Source of the DNA: Azolla caroliniana
Lineage: Eukaryota; Plantae; Polypodiophyta
Assembly: GCA_043228905.1 (NCBI GenBank)
Contig: JBHGNT010000010.1
Location: 20,708,001 to 20,772,000, forward strand
Reading direction: 5' to 3'
DNA: 64,000 nt
The notes below the pieces were generated by a model that was not told the origin of the DNA, made no database searches, and saw only the letters and a list, made by a program, of their open reading frames with translations. Of the stretch, positions 51,327 through 64,000 are shown piece after piece (the first letter of the stretch is position 1; every line of letters starts with the position of its first letter). Both the position numbers and the translations under genes were made by a program.

Positions 51327-54300
51327 ATATACAAACTCTTGCCATTAGATTTGTCTTGTTTTTGGCTGAAAGGCTTTGTATTACTGATTGATGGTCAATA
51401 ATTTGTTATGGTGATATACATACATGCTTTCATGGATCCTGTTTTCACAGCTAGAGTGGTTTTTCAATGAAGAAATCCCGAATCTCGGCGTAGGAGTAAC
51501 ATTATAAGTGGCTTGCCACAAACAATTTAGAAATTCAATAGCTCCTTTTTATTGAATGGTTCTACACTCCTGACACTCCTGTTATCTGACATTGTTGATC
51601 TTTGTCTTGTGCCTGTTGTGCAAATGTCCAAAAGTATTGCTGCTTACAGGTGAAGTCTATAACTAGGTTATCGGATTTGTTTCCAGGATATTATAAATAC
51701 GTTGATTTTGCGCGCTATGATTCGTTTTTTTCTGTTATTGATTCAATTCTTTAAAATCCATTGGATCCCAATTTTTGCTCTGTTATGGACGCTTTGTTTG
51801 GGAATTGCAACAGTATGTTTTCGCTTAATTGTAAAGGACCTTCTATATATGCTTGGGTTAAGTATAATCGAAAATTAAGCATATATGCTCAATTGAAAAT
51901 GACCAAGCATAATTAAAGGGATTATGTTGTAATATCTCTTAAATTAGCCGTCCCTTTAGCTACTGTTTAGCATAGGTAACTTCTAATTAAGAACTTGGTC
52001 GGCAAGTCATTCTTCTAATATGATCAATCAGACCTTGCTCATTTTTCGATTGGATGAAAATTGATTGTTATTAAATTGTGTACTAATGCGGTGAAGGATT
52101 CTTCATTGCCTTGTGCATTTGTTGTTTCTAAACTGTCACATTAATGTGCAATAATGTGTGCTTTGGAGCTCAGACATTGATCATTTATATAAGTAGTCTT
52201 GAATTGCTAGAACATTAGAAGCATATTTGAGGTCATTTTGCCTATCTATTTTGTTTCTTGATATGTAATATGTAATTTGTGATATTTTTTAAAAATTGGC
52301 TTTGTAAAAATGAGAATGCAATCAGCTTTAGTTAATCCTTTTATTTTTAAATCTGAAACCTATGAATGTGTGTAATAATCATACATTGGATGCATTAAGT
52401 GATTATTGGAAATCATAGTATTACTTACTTTACATGAAGTTGATCCATTGTATATTTGTCAGTTTAACTGATCAGAATAGACCTTTGAAATAGTTGAATT
52501 GAGGTTAATTAATACTGTGAGAAATTGTTAAGTAAATTGAAGGAATTCATATCTCTATGAAGAAGGATTCATATTGGTAGAGATCTATGGGTTCCATTTC
52601 TCATAACTTGTGACCTCTTTCAATAAGACTTGTTATGGGTTGTGCTCTACCATTAGGGTATGACAATGTTAGATATATGGTATAGAGTTGTCAATAATTT
52701 GGTGGATTAGCATTGTTAAGTCTTGAATTTTTTGTCAATAACTCTTGGTCCCTATTCTTCAAAGGCATTTTAGTCCCCATCCTTACTCTATTGAGGTATC
52801 TTCCTTCCTTAATGTGCATTTCTCACTCTTGGTGCATTAAATCGAAATCATTGCAGTTTACTATGGATGATAATGATGTAATTCTTGGTAGATCCATGTG
52901 GGACTCGAGCTGCATTTGAGCTCGAACTCTTGTACATTTTGATATCCTATCCTCCCATACCAACCTGCATAATTGTTAGGCTCTTCTTTCTTCTCAAAAC
53001 TTGCATAAGAAACATCAAAATAGTTGTAAAATCACATTGATGTATTGCATATCCATATAAATGATCAAGATTTGTAATGATGGTTTGCATATCCATATTG
53101 ACTTTCTCGAAACCATGCACTCCCAACTTTAAAAACAGTTTATGACGTAGAGGAACTTTCACAATATGGATCAAATTTAATTTGCATATTGATTTTATAA
53201 GAAAAACAAAGAACTTGAAATTACATTGTGAGATTTAGCAATTTCCAAGCCACTTCACCATATGTTCAATATAGTTGTGATGAATACCTCCACATTCTCT
53301 CCATTTGTCAATTTATCTAAAGCCCCTAATTTAGAAGTTTACGAAATGCGAACATCTTACGTCTTATGTGCCGATTACATATGACTAGGAACTCTATAAT
53401 GCCTTGTTGTTCTCCAGAGGGTTAGCATGATGCCTCATTGTTTACAAAGTGACAATAAAGGTAGACATATCATGAATGCCTAACCACCTACAAGTTTGGG
53501 TGGTATAAAGAATGTTTGAATGGAGGTGTCATTACACTTTCATATTGTACGAGCACACGTTTGAAACAAGCTGTAGGGGCACATTTTGTATAATCGATGC
53601 CAAAGTGATGAGGCGAAATGTCAGGTATGCCACGATGACAGAACATGAGTTGAAGCAAAAGCTAGGTAGGTGGTGGTGACCGATAAGATGATGCTAATCC
53701 ATACGCGTGTTAAGAAAAGTTTGTTCGAGAAATGTAGAGGGAGGAGTAAGTAACAAGATGAAGGATGGGTGGGCACTCTTTTATTGTGAAGCCTCTAGTG
53801 CATGTACATATTTTATTTACTTCACTACTAGCTGTGTTTTGTTTTGTTACCTAGGGATGGGACCAAATTTGAAGTGACACAAACTCCTCCTTCCTTCTCC
53901 TTGTGTCTGTGTTTGTGGCGATTTCTTTCATCCAGCGCGTCAGAGAACGAGGTAAGCTCTTTCTGTTTTAATTTTTATCTTTATTTTGTTTGATTTCTCC
54001 CCCCGGCCCCTTGCTTTTCTAGTGGATTTCTCTCTATCTCTGGTCTTTTTCTGTCTTTTTCTAGTGGAACCTAACCTAATAGAAACAAAAATCCTTCTTT
54101 TACAGAAGAGTATATGCCATTTCCCACTTTCTTTTCTAGAAGAGTATAAATGCGCACACTTTGCTGTTCCAGCTACGATATGCTCCAATGTTTTTCAAGT
54201 GATCCAAGAAAGGCTATGTTAATAACGTCATGTCTGCAACCCAACACAAGGGTCCATATGAATCTATGCATCAATCATAAAGTTTCAAAATTAGAAGTAT

Positions 54301-55164
54301 AGAGACTCAAGTTTTTCTTATTACCCTAAATTATGCTTTGACAATTAATCTATTGTTATTTCAACATTGTGTGTTTGTTTGTTTCTGCAATCTTTAAAAA
54401 CTTTTGGGCTTCATTCATAGCCTAAAATAATACCTGGAGCCCAAAATAAGCATCAAATCGGTCCACTGACTATTTTCTAATAGGGCTATTTGCTTACATG
54501 TTGTTGGAAATCAATTGATGTTTTTTGGGTCCATCGTTGGAGTTTTTGGGAAGCTATTCTTTACTATTGCCAAATTTCTATTTGATGCAATCATGATGAA
54601 ACATCACAACTTTACAAAAATTTAGCAGAAACATTGTGAATTTTCTCTAGGATTTTTTTTGCTTCTCGTGATTCCCACTACCAATCTAGCCTGATGTATG
54701 TGGAAAGCATGACCACAATTGCAATTGCGAGCTAGGAGTTTGGTAAAAAATTTGTAAAATCTTTAGGTTTTTTTCCTCCTATACTGATACTTCATGGCAG
54801 AGACTGTTTCCCAATCATCAATTTATTCTGGTTGATATGGGCTGCAATAATGAGCATTATTTCCTGTATGAGAGCTGAGCTTGTCAGGTATTTTCTTTAA
54901 TTCCAAGTAAATAATTTGACCATATCAACAGCAATTAGATTCTTCACTCGATGAATTGCTTCGAAAGGCACTCATTCCCAAATTTGGCAATAATTTGCAA
55001 AGAATGGCATTCAACAAGGAGAACATGAATTTTATTGTGGGTAAATTAACCAACTGCCATGAATGCATCCATCTTGCTTGTTGATATAAAGACACTCCAC
55101 TAGACATTGGTTTATATTGTATGTTCTACCATAATGTCGACCATGATCGATTGGTGAGATATTG

Positions 55165-55650
55165 AATTGGAAGCCAAATATCGGGAGAAGAATTTTCTAG
55201 AAGCTGGAGAGAAGCATCTCACTGTCAATGTATCGAGGAAGTTTTTGATAACTATAAATATGGTGCTAATGACCTTATTTGCAATATAAAATATCCCATC
55301 TTATTGATGTGATCAACTGCGATAAGGGTAGAATCTATTCCAAATGCAATATATGCTCCCATTTGGCTTGATGATAATTAATACTGCACTAAAGATACGG
55401 TACTAGAACTTGGTGAATCTCTTATGCATTACCATAACTCTTATGTTGATTCATTGATATGGAAGCCGAGGTATGGGAAAAGGAATTTGCAGAAGTTAGG
55501 GAGAATGATCTCACTGACAACTTCATCAGGAAGTTTTTGCTTACTATTAATATGTTACAAGAAGAGTTTAGGACGGTAATGACCTTAGTTGCAAGATGAA
55601 ATGTGCCATCTTAATGATGTGATCAACCATCATAAGAGCAGAATCCAAGA
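55165..55650 (+). repeat. Old ~293-bp-period duplication with decayed coding-like sequence (possible Copia gag relic)
   Basis: TGGAAGCC..GGGA.AAG.A.TTT..AGAAG...GAGAA..ATCTCACTG.CAA...AGGAAGTTTTTG..ACTAT.AATATG...TAATGACCTTA.TTGCAA...ATCTTA.TGATGTGATCAAC at ~55168 and ~55460. Both translate with stops to related peptides. Confidence 0.5.
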
Positions 55651-56299
55651 CATGAGATAGTGGCAGGTCAATGATCAAAACTTTTGAGATTAATTATTAA
55701 GATCTGTCAAGGAGCAGAATACCCGGTGAGGATGATATTGTTTAATCTTTGTCCTAGGTGCATACATAATGCTTAAGTAGTTTTCACAATTTTTCCCCAC
55801 TCACAAGTCTCTCTGATGAGGTCTATTTTCTTAATGATCCAAAATTCTCCTTTGCAGCAAGAAAAATGTTAAACCATTAAGATCTTTAAAATATGCACTG
55901 TTCTTTTACTGTCGTGGTGTCATTAGTAATTTCTATCAACCTCTTCCTTGACATGTTGGAGGCATATCTCACAGAGCTTGAGTTGAGATTAGTTTTTATT
56001 GAGATCATATTTTAATAAAAGTGAGCATATGTCAGCTAGTATGATGGTTAACGAATCTCTATTACTAGTGCAGATCAAAGTTATATATGAATATTTATCT
56101 GCTCGTCAAATATCATAAATAATGATACCATTGCAGGTTATGTTATAAATATTGAGAATCAACTAGATAGGCATATAAAGTTACACTCACATAGATGTAT
56201 ATGTGTCAATAAAAGCTTTCTATTATATATGAGACTAGCTCACAATATAAGTCCTTCCATGCGCACACACCTTAGCTTTGTAGTCTTTTTAGAAGCTGC

Positions 56300-56375
56300 A
56301 GCAAATTATGAGGTGAAGAAGATTCAGAAGAAGAAGATTCAGGAGGAGGTCGGGACATGAGCCCAAGGAACATAC

Positions 56376-56408
<33 letters not shown>

Positions 56409-56796
56409 ACACAAACACTACTTACTCTAGTGGTGTACATTTCCACAATCTTATTCATTCGAGGACATTTATAGATCGAAGAAACACTTTAGGTGCACTT
56501 ACCCAAGTACTCTCTCGATGTAATCTGAACTAGTTGACTACGGAGTTAGTTGACATAGATAATAGTCACAGAAGTGGTGTAAGAGAAAGACAGTGGATTT
56601 TTATATTCTCTGTTTGGTCTTATTGTCAACTTAAATGTGGAAGTGACTTGATAGAAGCGGGGATATTCCTTTTTTGGCAACTGGCTCATCATTTAATATT
56701 GACCTAGATCCCTAGATACAAGCTAAAGCCAGATAGTACTTATCTTAAAGCCAATCACAAATACTTCAAGAATAACTACATCTTAACTTTCCAACA
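56300..56796 (-). mobile_element. Possible solo-LTR-like insertion in the 5'UTR intron of the FLX-like gene
   Basis: On the minus strand it begins TGTTGGAAAG and contains CTATAAAT followed by a CT-rich tract. It shares the motif ACCACTAGAGT..AGTG..TTTGTGTTCTCT with 13211-13236. No TSD or clear 3' CA end found. Confidence 0.35.
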
Positions 56797-57331
56797 GAGA
56801 ATATTCTTCTAATCGACCTAAGTAGTCAATCCCATACACTACTTCCCTTTTTCCTAAATACATTCTGGCTTACTCATCTACGCTATCACACATTGAGACC
56901 TTATCACCCCATATGGTCAGGTTGCACAATAGCTACTCCTCGTATGGGTCTTCTATCACAAAATGTGCACTCTAAGAATACATGTGGGGATAAAACTGAC
57001 GATTTGGGGTGATCATTGGCTATATCTAACAGATTAGACGCTAAGTAACTTCTAAAATTTGTGATATTTTATATTGAGATGGACTTGGCTCTCTAACATA
57101 TACATACATACATACATATATATATAGCTATTTAGTTCTTAGTTCTACATTTGTATTTAATATGGTATTTCGTGATGTTTCAAACTGATTTCTTGCTTCT
57201 TTCTATTTCTCTGTAGTTAATGTATTACTCACTTTATTTCTTCTTTAATTTTCTTTCACACACAAATAGGCGGTGAGTTTTTCTTTGCTGATATTGATTC
57301 ATGCTTTGCTTGTCTATTTCTTCAGTTTTAT

Positions 57332-60300
57332 ATGGCAGGTAAGGGACCAAGGCATGAAGCTAAAGATGGTCATCGTCCAAAAGAGAGCCATTATTCAAAG
57401 GATGGTCCTCGTCGCCCAACCTCTCCTGGTCCTCCACATATGTCAGGCTTTGGACGTCCTTCGTCAAGTAGATTAGATCTTGATGGACCATTATCTAATA
57501 TAGGTCACCCTTTCAGTGGTCAGACTCCACCTATGATGATTGAGCAGAAGCTTGCTATACAACATGCTGAGATACAAAGACTTCTGGGTGAAAATCAACG
57601 CCTTGCAGTTACTCATGTAGCCCTAAGACAAGAACTTACAGCAGCACAACAGGAAATTATGCGATCACATCAAAGTCGGTCATTTGGTGATACAGAGAAG
57701 GAGCAGCGCTTCACTATCACACAAGTTGCCCTAAGGCAAGAGCTTGCTGATGCTAAACAAGAAATTAATAGGCTACAGGAATCATTAGGTGCGATTCAAG
57801 TGGAGAAAGATCAACATATCCGAATGGCTGCTGAAAGGGGAGCACAAATGGAAGCTGAATTAAAGGCAACTGAGTCTCTTAAAGCTAATTTTGAGAAGCT
57901 GAGATATGAGAGGGATGAGCTTATGGCACGAGCTGATCATTTAACAGCAGAGATGAAAAGGCTTCCAATAAAAGACCAAGAGATAGCTTCATTAAAAAGT
58001 GAGGTTGATGACTTGCGGCAGAGGCATCAGCAAGCTAGGTATGCCTCATGCCTCATGCTGTGGAAATGTGTATTTTGTAGCAAACAAATAAGTTATAGCT
58101 AATGCTGGTGCTGTGCTATGTGAGACAGAGTTGATTATGAGCACCAAAAAAAGATAAATTTAGAAAACCTAGAACAAAAGCAGGCAATGGAAAAGAATAT
58201 TTTTACAATGGCTAGAGAAGTGGATAGACTACGTGGAGAGCTGGTTACCATGGAGAGAAAGCTTCATGGAGCTTATACAGGTTGGCTTGTTTATGGGGCT
58301 TCAGTTTTCAACATGTTAAAAATATGCTCATCCGTCCTTTGACACTCTTCTAATATTCTTATTTTTCTAGCACAAAATGGTGGCACTGTTCCACCTCGAA
58401 CGCAAAGCTCCACTCCAGAGGCAGGCAAATATGAGACAAATAGTTATGGAGGACAGCAGGTTTGTAATTCCTCAGTTTTACACCATTTTATAAAATGTAA
58501 CTTGTCCTGATATCGAACAATTACAATGCTAATTATTGTATTTAGAGATAATTGGGAAACTCTTAGAAACAAGAAAATGGAGGTGTCATTGAGTGAAAGA
58601 CATAAAGTCGTTTGGATGTTATGATAGTAGGCATGTTTTATACATCAGTACATGTTTAGCCAGAAATTCAGGTGGATGATAGTATTTTGCTATTTATGTG
58701 TGACTTGATTACACAGGAAAAAGTTACGAAAGTGAGTTTCAGACCTTTCTTTGAATTTAGAAAATGGTCTACTCACAAGACGTTTTCACTAATTTCAGGA
58801 ATGTAACTAACTGAAACTTGAAAAAAATGCTGTTTAATATTTAAACAAGAAGCATTCTCATGCATAATTACAATTCTAAATATTTAAAATATTTTGTTGG
58901 AAAATGTTGATTGCTCCAATCTTTTGCTGCAAAGGATTGATAGTTATTTATTAAAATAAATCAATCCCTATTGTAGAAGGAAGGAAACCTGGTTTTGTAC
59001 CACAATTTACCAAACATGAATTTTGTTTCATATTATAATAACAATGACTGAAATAACTATTTTGAACATTCAAGCCAACTCTTAGTATCATGCACTTGAA
59101 TTCCTGGATATATCAATCTCTTAAAAATTCCATTCAGAAACCAATCAACTGCCTTTTAGGATTGTGCTTTCATATTCTGAAATATGTCAAGCATCCAGAA
59201 CAACCCAATCAAAATGCTCTCAGAATTGGGCATTAATGCTCTTAAATATGTCAAGCAATCGGTTCCTCTCCAGAAGTGTCATATTTCTGCTATTTTGTAG
59301 AGGCTTGCGTGATACAATTCTAAAACAAATTTCAGTGATTTGTGGCTTAATTTACTTGGGAAGTTCTACAGCATTCATTCAAGCAGTTATCTGCATAGCC
59401 CAATCAAAATATTCACGCAAGGTAGACTGGAGCCGCTAAGCAAATTAATCCTATAGCTTACGAGAAAATCACTTGACAAATTTGAAAATGCTTGATCGTC
59501 GGCCAGCCATACACCTAAGGAAAATGGTTCAACTTTATTTCCATGTTGAAGGACTGAAGGCTATTTTTAAATTTTCCCTTTGATATGCTGCTGTGTATGT
59601 GAAGGCCTACATGGTTCTCCCACTTATTGGAAACTCCTTGTAAGTTTCTAAGATCTTGAATTGGAAAGAGGATTAGCATATTAAATGCTGGATCACTCTT
59701 GTGATGTTGTTCTGTATACTTGATCCATATTGCTAATTAAAAGAAGTTGTTTATGATTCTATGCTTCTTCCTTAGGTTTGTGTGATAAGCTGAAGTGTAA
59801 ACTCAGTTTTTGGTCAATGCATATTAGGATGTTTCCAAGAACATAAAACAGAGCATGGAACCTTCTGAAGGTAAATCCAATGCTGAAGCTGCCAAATATA
59901 GGAGTGGGGTGGACTCATTTCAACCTGGCATGCAAGCTACAGCACAAGATCATCTCCCTCCTAATCCTGAATTTACAGGGGAATGGGTTCAACATGCAGC
60001 ACCTAATGGAAAGTCATTCTACTATAACGCTGCCACGGGTGCAACACAGTGGAATAAACCATCTGTAACTTCTACAGTGGATCCTCGTGGATCTCTTCAG
60101 AGGCAGATGCCACAGGCACAAGGACAGACAGGGCAGAATTCAACTTCTCAGCCTGGTTTAACACAATCATCACAACAGCAACCGACACAGACTATGCATC
60201 AGCAACTGCCACCTGCCCAGCAACCCATCTCTCCAGCTACAATGCACCAAGGTGGACAGCATTCTCTCGCCAGTTATGGTGAGAAACCCCTTCTATTACT

Positions 60301-62317
60301 TGTTATTCAAGCAGGCTGCCATTGATTAGTCACCTCTTATTTATGAGGAAATTACACACACATCAATATATGATGGTGTAATCAATGGATCACCATCTTG
60401 TAGGTTGAGGATGCTGACTTTTGTATCAGACAAACCATCAAAATGCCATTCTAGTTTTTACCATAATTCTCAAGTTTATAAAATTCCCAGAATGCCACTC
60501 GAATTTTTGCCTGATATTTGAACCCTAGTTGCTAAATTCTGGAATATCACCACACATGAAGTGTGATTAAAGCCTAAATACAATGATATTAATTACAAAT
60601 CAATAATCAACATTATTAGCAAAGATAATGATGATTAGGTTTTCATTAACAAATAATTATCTTAATTGTGGAAGGTTAAGATTTAAGTTTTGAAGCCCTA
60701 AGTAACTTAATTAGTGACGAGTAATTAAGGATAGAATAATATGATCTGTAGTTTTGTAGCAGTTTAGGAATTTTATAATCTGGATTATGATTTAGGGAAT
60801 TATGGAACCTAGATTGGCTTTTTGAAAACAAAATAAGAAGAAAATCCTTGAAGGTTTGGTTTTAGGTCTGATTAGCCTCTCACCTCCCTTAAGAAGGCAT
60901 CTCCAACTATGCGCTTTTGTTATTGTTTGTCTTTGGTTTTCTAGTTGCTACCTTTCTCTTCTTTGAAATTGGAAACTCAGATGTCCTCTGGTGTAGAAAC
61001 ATTAAGATGACACTGAACGAACGCTGTACCTTTACTTTTCACATATGAGCTAGATTGACTGATTTGAGTGATTGGTAAATGCATTTCATCCTTGGATTTG
61101 CCCAATTATGATTTCGGTTCAATGGTTGGTAAATTTCCACCCATTTATTTACTTCTTAGGAGTGTTTCAGTCTGCTTAATTTGACCAAATTAGGATCCAA
61201 TTTAATTAATTTGCCATATGGATCAATTGCGACCCCAAATTAGGTTTGATTCAAGTCTTATCATGAATATTTAGTTGGAGATGGAGAGAGGAGAAGATTA
61301 TTTGATGTGTTAACATCATATGTGAGCCAAAATCTGATTAAGTCTTACTCATATTTTATGGGTGTACAAGGTTGGAAAGACAGCTGGGAGAGGAGATATT
61401 TCATGTATGGTTCATGACTTCAAACTGAAACATACGCTATACTAATTTCTTTATTAATTTGCCCACTATATAGTATGTAATTATAAACTCGTTTTGTGCA
61501 ATTCCAGTCATCATCATATTTGTTTTGCATCATGAGTAAATACACAGATTGAAAAGATGGTAAGTACATATGAGTGCTGGCAAAGAATTGCAAATGTACA
61601 TGCAATGTTTGCATATATGATGCAAATAAGGACTTGTGTATGCTTGGCAAATAATTAACCAACTCATGGCTATTAGAAATGTATATGAGAAGGTTGCCCA
61701 CTGAGTACAACTATGTTTCTTTACAATATTCACATTATGTTTGTAAACATGAAAGCAGAAATGAACGTCACAGAAAATGACTCATATGTTCTGTATTTAT
61801 TAACACGTCATGCATTCATTGCAGAGCATTAACAATCTCATGGTGATTAGAGATTTACATGGGAAGGTTGCAGAGAATTAACAATCTCATGCACTTTTAT
61901 ATGCCGTGGACTTTACTGCTGTATATGAGCTGGATCTTGCTAACGTTTTTCTTAAATAGAAGAAAAAGTTGGATTTTGACCTCATGAATGGAGATTATAT
62001 CTGCTAAGCCTTTACAGAGAACTACAATTCATCATGATAAATAACAATCTTGGATCAGAATATAACTTTAAAGGAAAAATAATGAACTGAATGAGTTTTC
62101 TTGTTGTAACTTGTAATGATATCCAAGCAATCAATTTAGTATGGATTGTGTTTTTAATATTTCTTAGCCTGCTGTTTTCTAGGTGTCAATCTGTTGGTAC
62201 TTGGATTATCAGAAGGGATCACTGATCGTGACCTAGCAAGCTTGTTCCACCCATATGGAACTATTTTACATGCCAAAGTCATGATGGACACAAAATCTGG
62301 AGCACCTGAATATTATG
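57332..62317 (+). CDS. FLX-like (FLC EXPRESSOR family) coiled-coil protein fused to a WW domain, Q/P-rich linker and RRM; 3' end not found in the window
   Basis: In-phase GT-AG exons 57332-58038, 58129-58280, 58371-58459, 59828-60278 and 62183-62317; 5'UTR donor at 53952 and acceptor at 57325. FLX motifs EQKLAIQHAEIQRLLGENQRLAVTHVALRQEL and QAMEKNIFTMAREVDRLRGEL. WW: WVQHAAPNGKSFYYNAATGATQWNKP. RRM first half: GVNLLVLGLSEGITDRDLASLFHPYGTILHAKVMMDTKSGAPEYYG. Confidence 0.85.
60425..60872. mobile_element. Degenerate foldback/MITE-like element in an intron of the FLX-like gene
   Basis: Left arm ATCAGAC..CAAACC.TCAA..GCCATTCTAG..CCATAATTC..TTATAAAATTCC is mirrored by right arm GGAATTTTATAA..GAATTATGG..CTAGATTGGC..TTGAAGGTTTG..GTCTGAT. 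No TSD resolved. Confidence 0.5.
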
Positions 62318-62939
62318 GTAACCCTTTCCTATTCAATTATTTCCTGTATAATAATTAGTTTCTATTTATTTGAAAAATATTTGAGCAACTATAACCTAGG
62401 GATTACATTCTTGATAGGTAGATGGCTGATAAACAGTGAATGGGAGCAAGTGTTATTTTGAAACCTCATCACCTTGAGTCCACTGTCTAAGTTAGCGTAG
62501 AAAGAAAGAAAGAAAGAAAGAAAGAAAGGAATATTAATGTCTTTTAAGAGGCCAAAATGGCTTTTAAGACCAAGCATGTTGTTTCATCTTTGAGAAACAA
62601 CAAACCAAAATAAATAAATGTAACTAAGCAAACAAATAAATTGAAATAAATTAAGATGCGACTAAAGAATCTCGTCATCGTTACATATAAAATTCTCAAA
62701 TCAGATAGTGTGCTTTTTGTCTTCGAAAGATATCTACTATGCATACTAAAGAATCCATATGTGTAACATTCTCAAATCAGATAGTGTAATTTTTTACTTC
62801 AAAAAGTATCTACCGTAAGTCAATCCAAAATGGAGAGGTCTCTGAAGTGAGGGAAACACCTGCAATAGTGGGAGATAATGGTGGGCGATGAGGTCGTGGT
62901 TCAAGAAGCTGAGGCCGATGCCAACGTGCCTGACAAATT

Positions 62940-64000
62940 GCTAAGGCCTGATCTATTCTAAGCCCTTTGCAATGTGTAGTCATAAGGCCATGTGTGTAGC
63001 CCTTGATTGACTTGTAGCATGCATAGTAGTAATAAGGCTAAAGAAAGTTGTGATTGTTCTTTGTTGATCAGCTTGTGTGGCCATATTGTTGTCCTGCAAC
63101 AATCTCCCCTTGTGTCTCTTGAGTTCTTGCAAGAAAAGCCCCCAGCACAGTTGGTCCTCATAATCTATTACCTTGCATATTGCGCCAAAGTTTGACTGAA
63201 AGAGGCAATGGTATCTCCCTCTTATCTCATAAAGAACAATACAATGATAAACATCGTATTCTTCAGATTCCACTCCTTGATGACACAATTGGCAAATTCT
63301 TTTTTTAAGAGGCATTCATGCATATCTGCTTACCTCAATCTCTAACTGATGTCAATTTGCAGCTGCTCTATCACACCGCACAGTGCATGGGATAGAGGTA
63401 TGTCCATATCTAAGGACCTGATGATGAATCCATCCTCCAATATGTATAAAAATGTCTCTTATAGTGGGCCATCTTCTAAGTTGATGATATTAGTTCGAAT
63501 CACTCTATTTTTTTCCACTTTGGTCATGTTTAGATTGGGGACAATTGAAGGTATATTGGAATGGGGGTAGTACATTTCTGCTTATGCCATGTGACTCAAA
63601 CCATTGTTGCATTTCAGTATACCAGCAATGAATGTTTCCATGTTCAGCAAGTTGTTTTGATAACATTAGAGCCAACCTTGAGTTCCCAAAGCCATTGTAT
63701 ATTGGTCGCTGTATGAAATAATGCCTCGGTGAGTATTGAGGCTGCTCAATTCTCTGCACGGATTACATCATGGGGCACTGATTCTTTGCTGCTCATCATG
63801 CGGGCAATCATTGAGACTAAAGGTCTCTCGAAACCTTTCCAGTTATTTGCCTTGTTAAGACTTGGTCCCTAGGTTTCTACTCCATAGAGAAGAGTTGGTG
63901 TGATGAAGTGTATCAAATAGCCACAATTTCAGTTCATGGCTCTTGGAAGTGCAAACTTCCACATTGTCTTTCAAGAGGACCAAGGGCTGCATATCCACAA
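62940..64000 (-). mobile_element. Decayed non-LTR retrotransposon (LINE) ORF2 C-terminal region, antisense within the presumed next intron of the FLX-like gene
   Basis: Minus strand reads HQLEIEVSRYA*MPLKKRICQLCHQGVESEEYDVYHC...YEIRGRYHCLF, the typical LINE ORF2 L.IE.GRY...ERIC..C...E.E.H...C zinc-knuckle region. Stops and frameshifts are present; it runs off the window end. Confidence 0.8.

Overview
AT-rich, microsatellite-rich eukaryotic nuclear DNA from a land plant. A Roadblock/LC7 dynein light chain gene points to a lineage with flagellated sperm, most plausibly a fern (inference). Manual GT-AG splicing supports nine protein-coding genes. In order they are: an intronless MUR3/KAM1-type GT47 xyloglucan galactosyltransferase (+), a six-exon SWEET sugar transporter (+), a seven-exon single-TM receptor-like kinase (-), a two-exon 55-aa membrane microprotein absent from the ORF track (+), an ORM/ORMDL sphingolipid regulator (+), the LC7 gene (-), an ERD2-related KDEL-receptor family gene with a GC-AG first intron (+), a small COX7a-type cytochrome c oxidase subunit (+), and a gene fusing an FLX-like coiled coil to a WW domain and an RRM, which is incomplete in this window (+). 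Mobile DNA includes a MULE-type MITE with 9-bp TSD, a non-autonomous hAT element with 8-bp TSD, a LINE 3' fragment and several decayed relics. There are also many local tandem duplications, a probable decayed spliced pseudogene and a tandem-hairpin unit bracketed by telomere-like repeats. The most novel-looking items are the FLX-WW-RRM fusion, the 55-aa microprotein and the tandem hairpin unit. Family calls come from motif recognition only; no database search was run.
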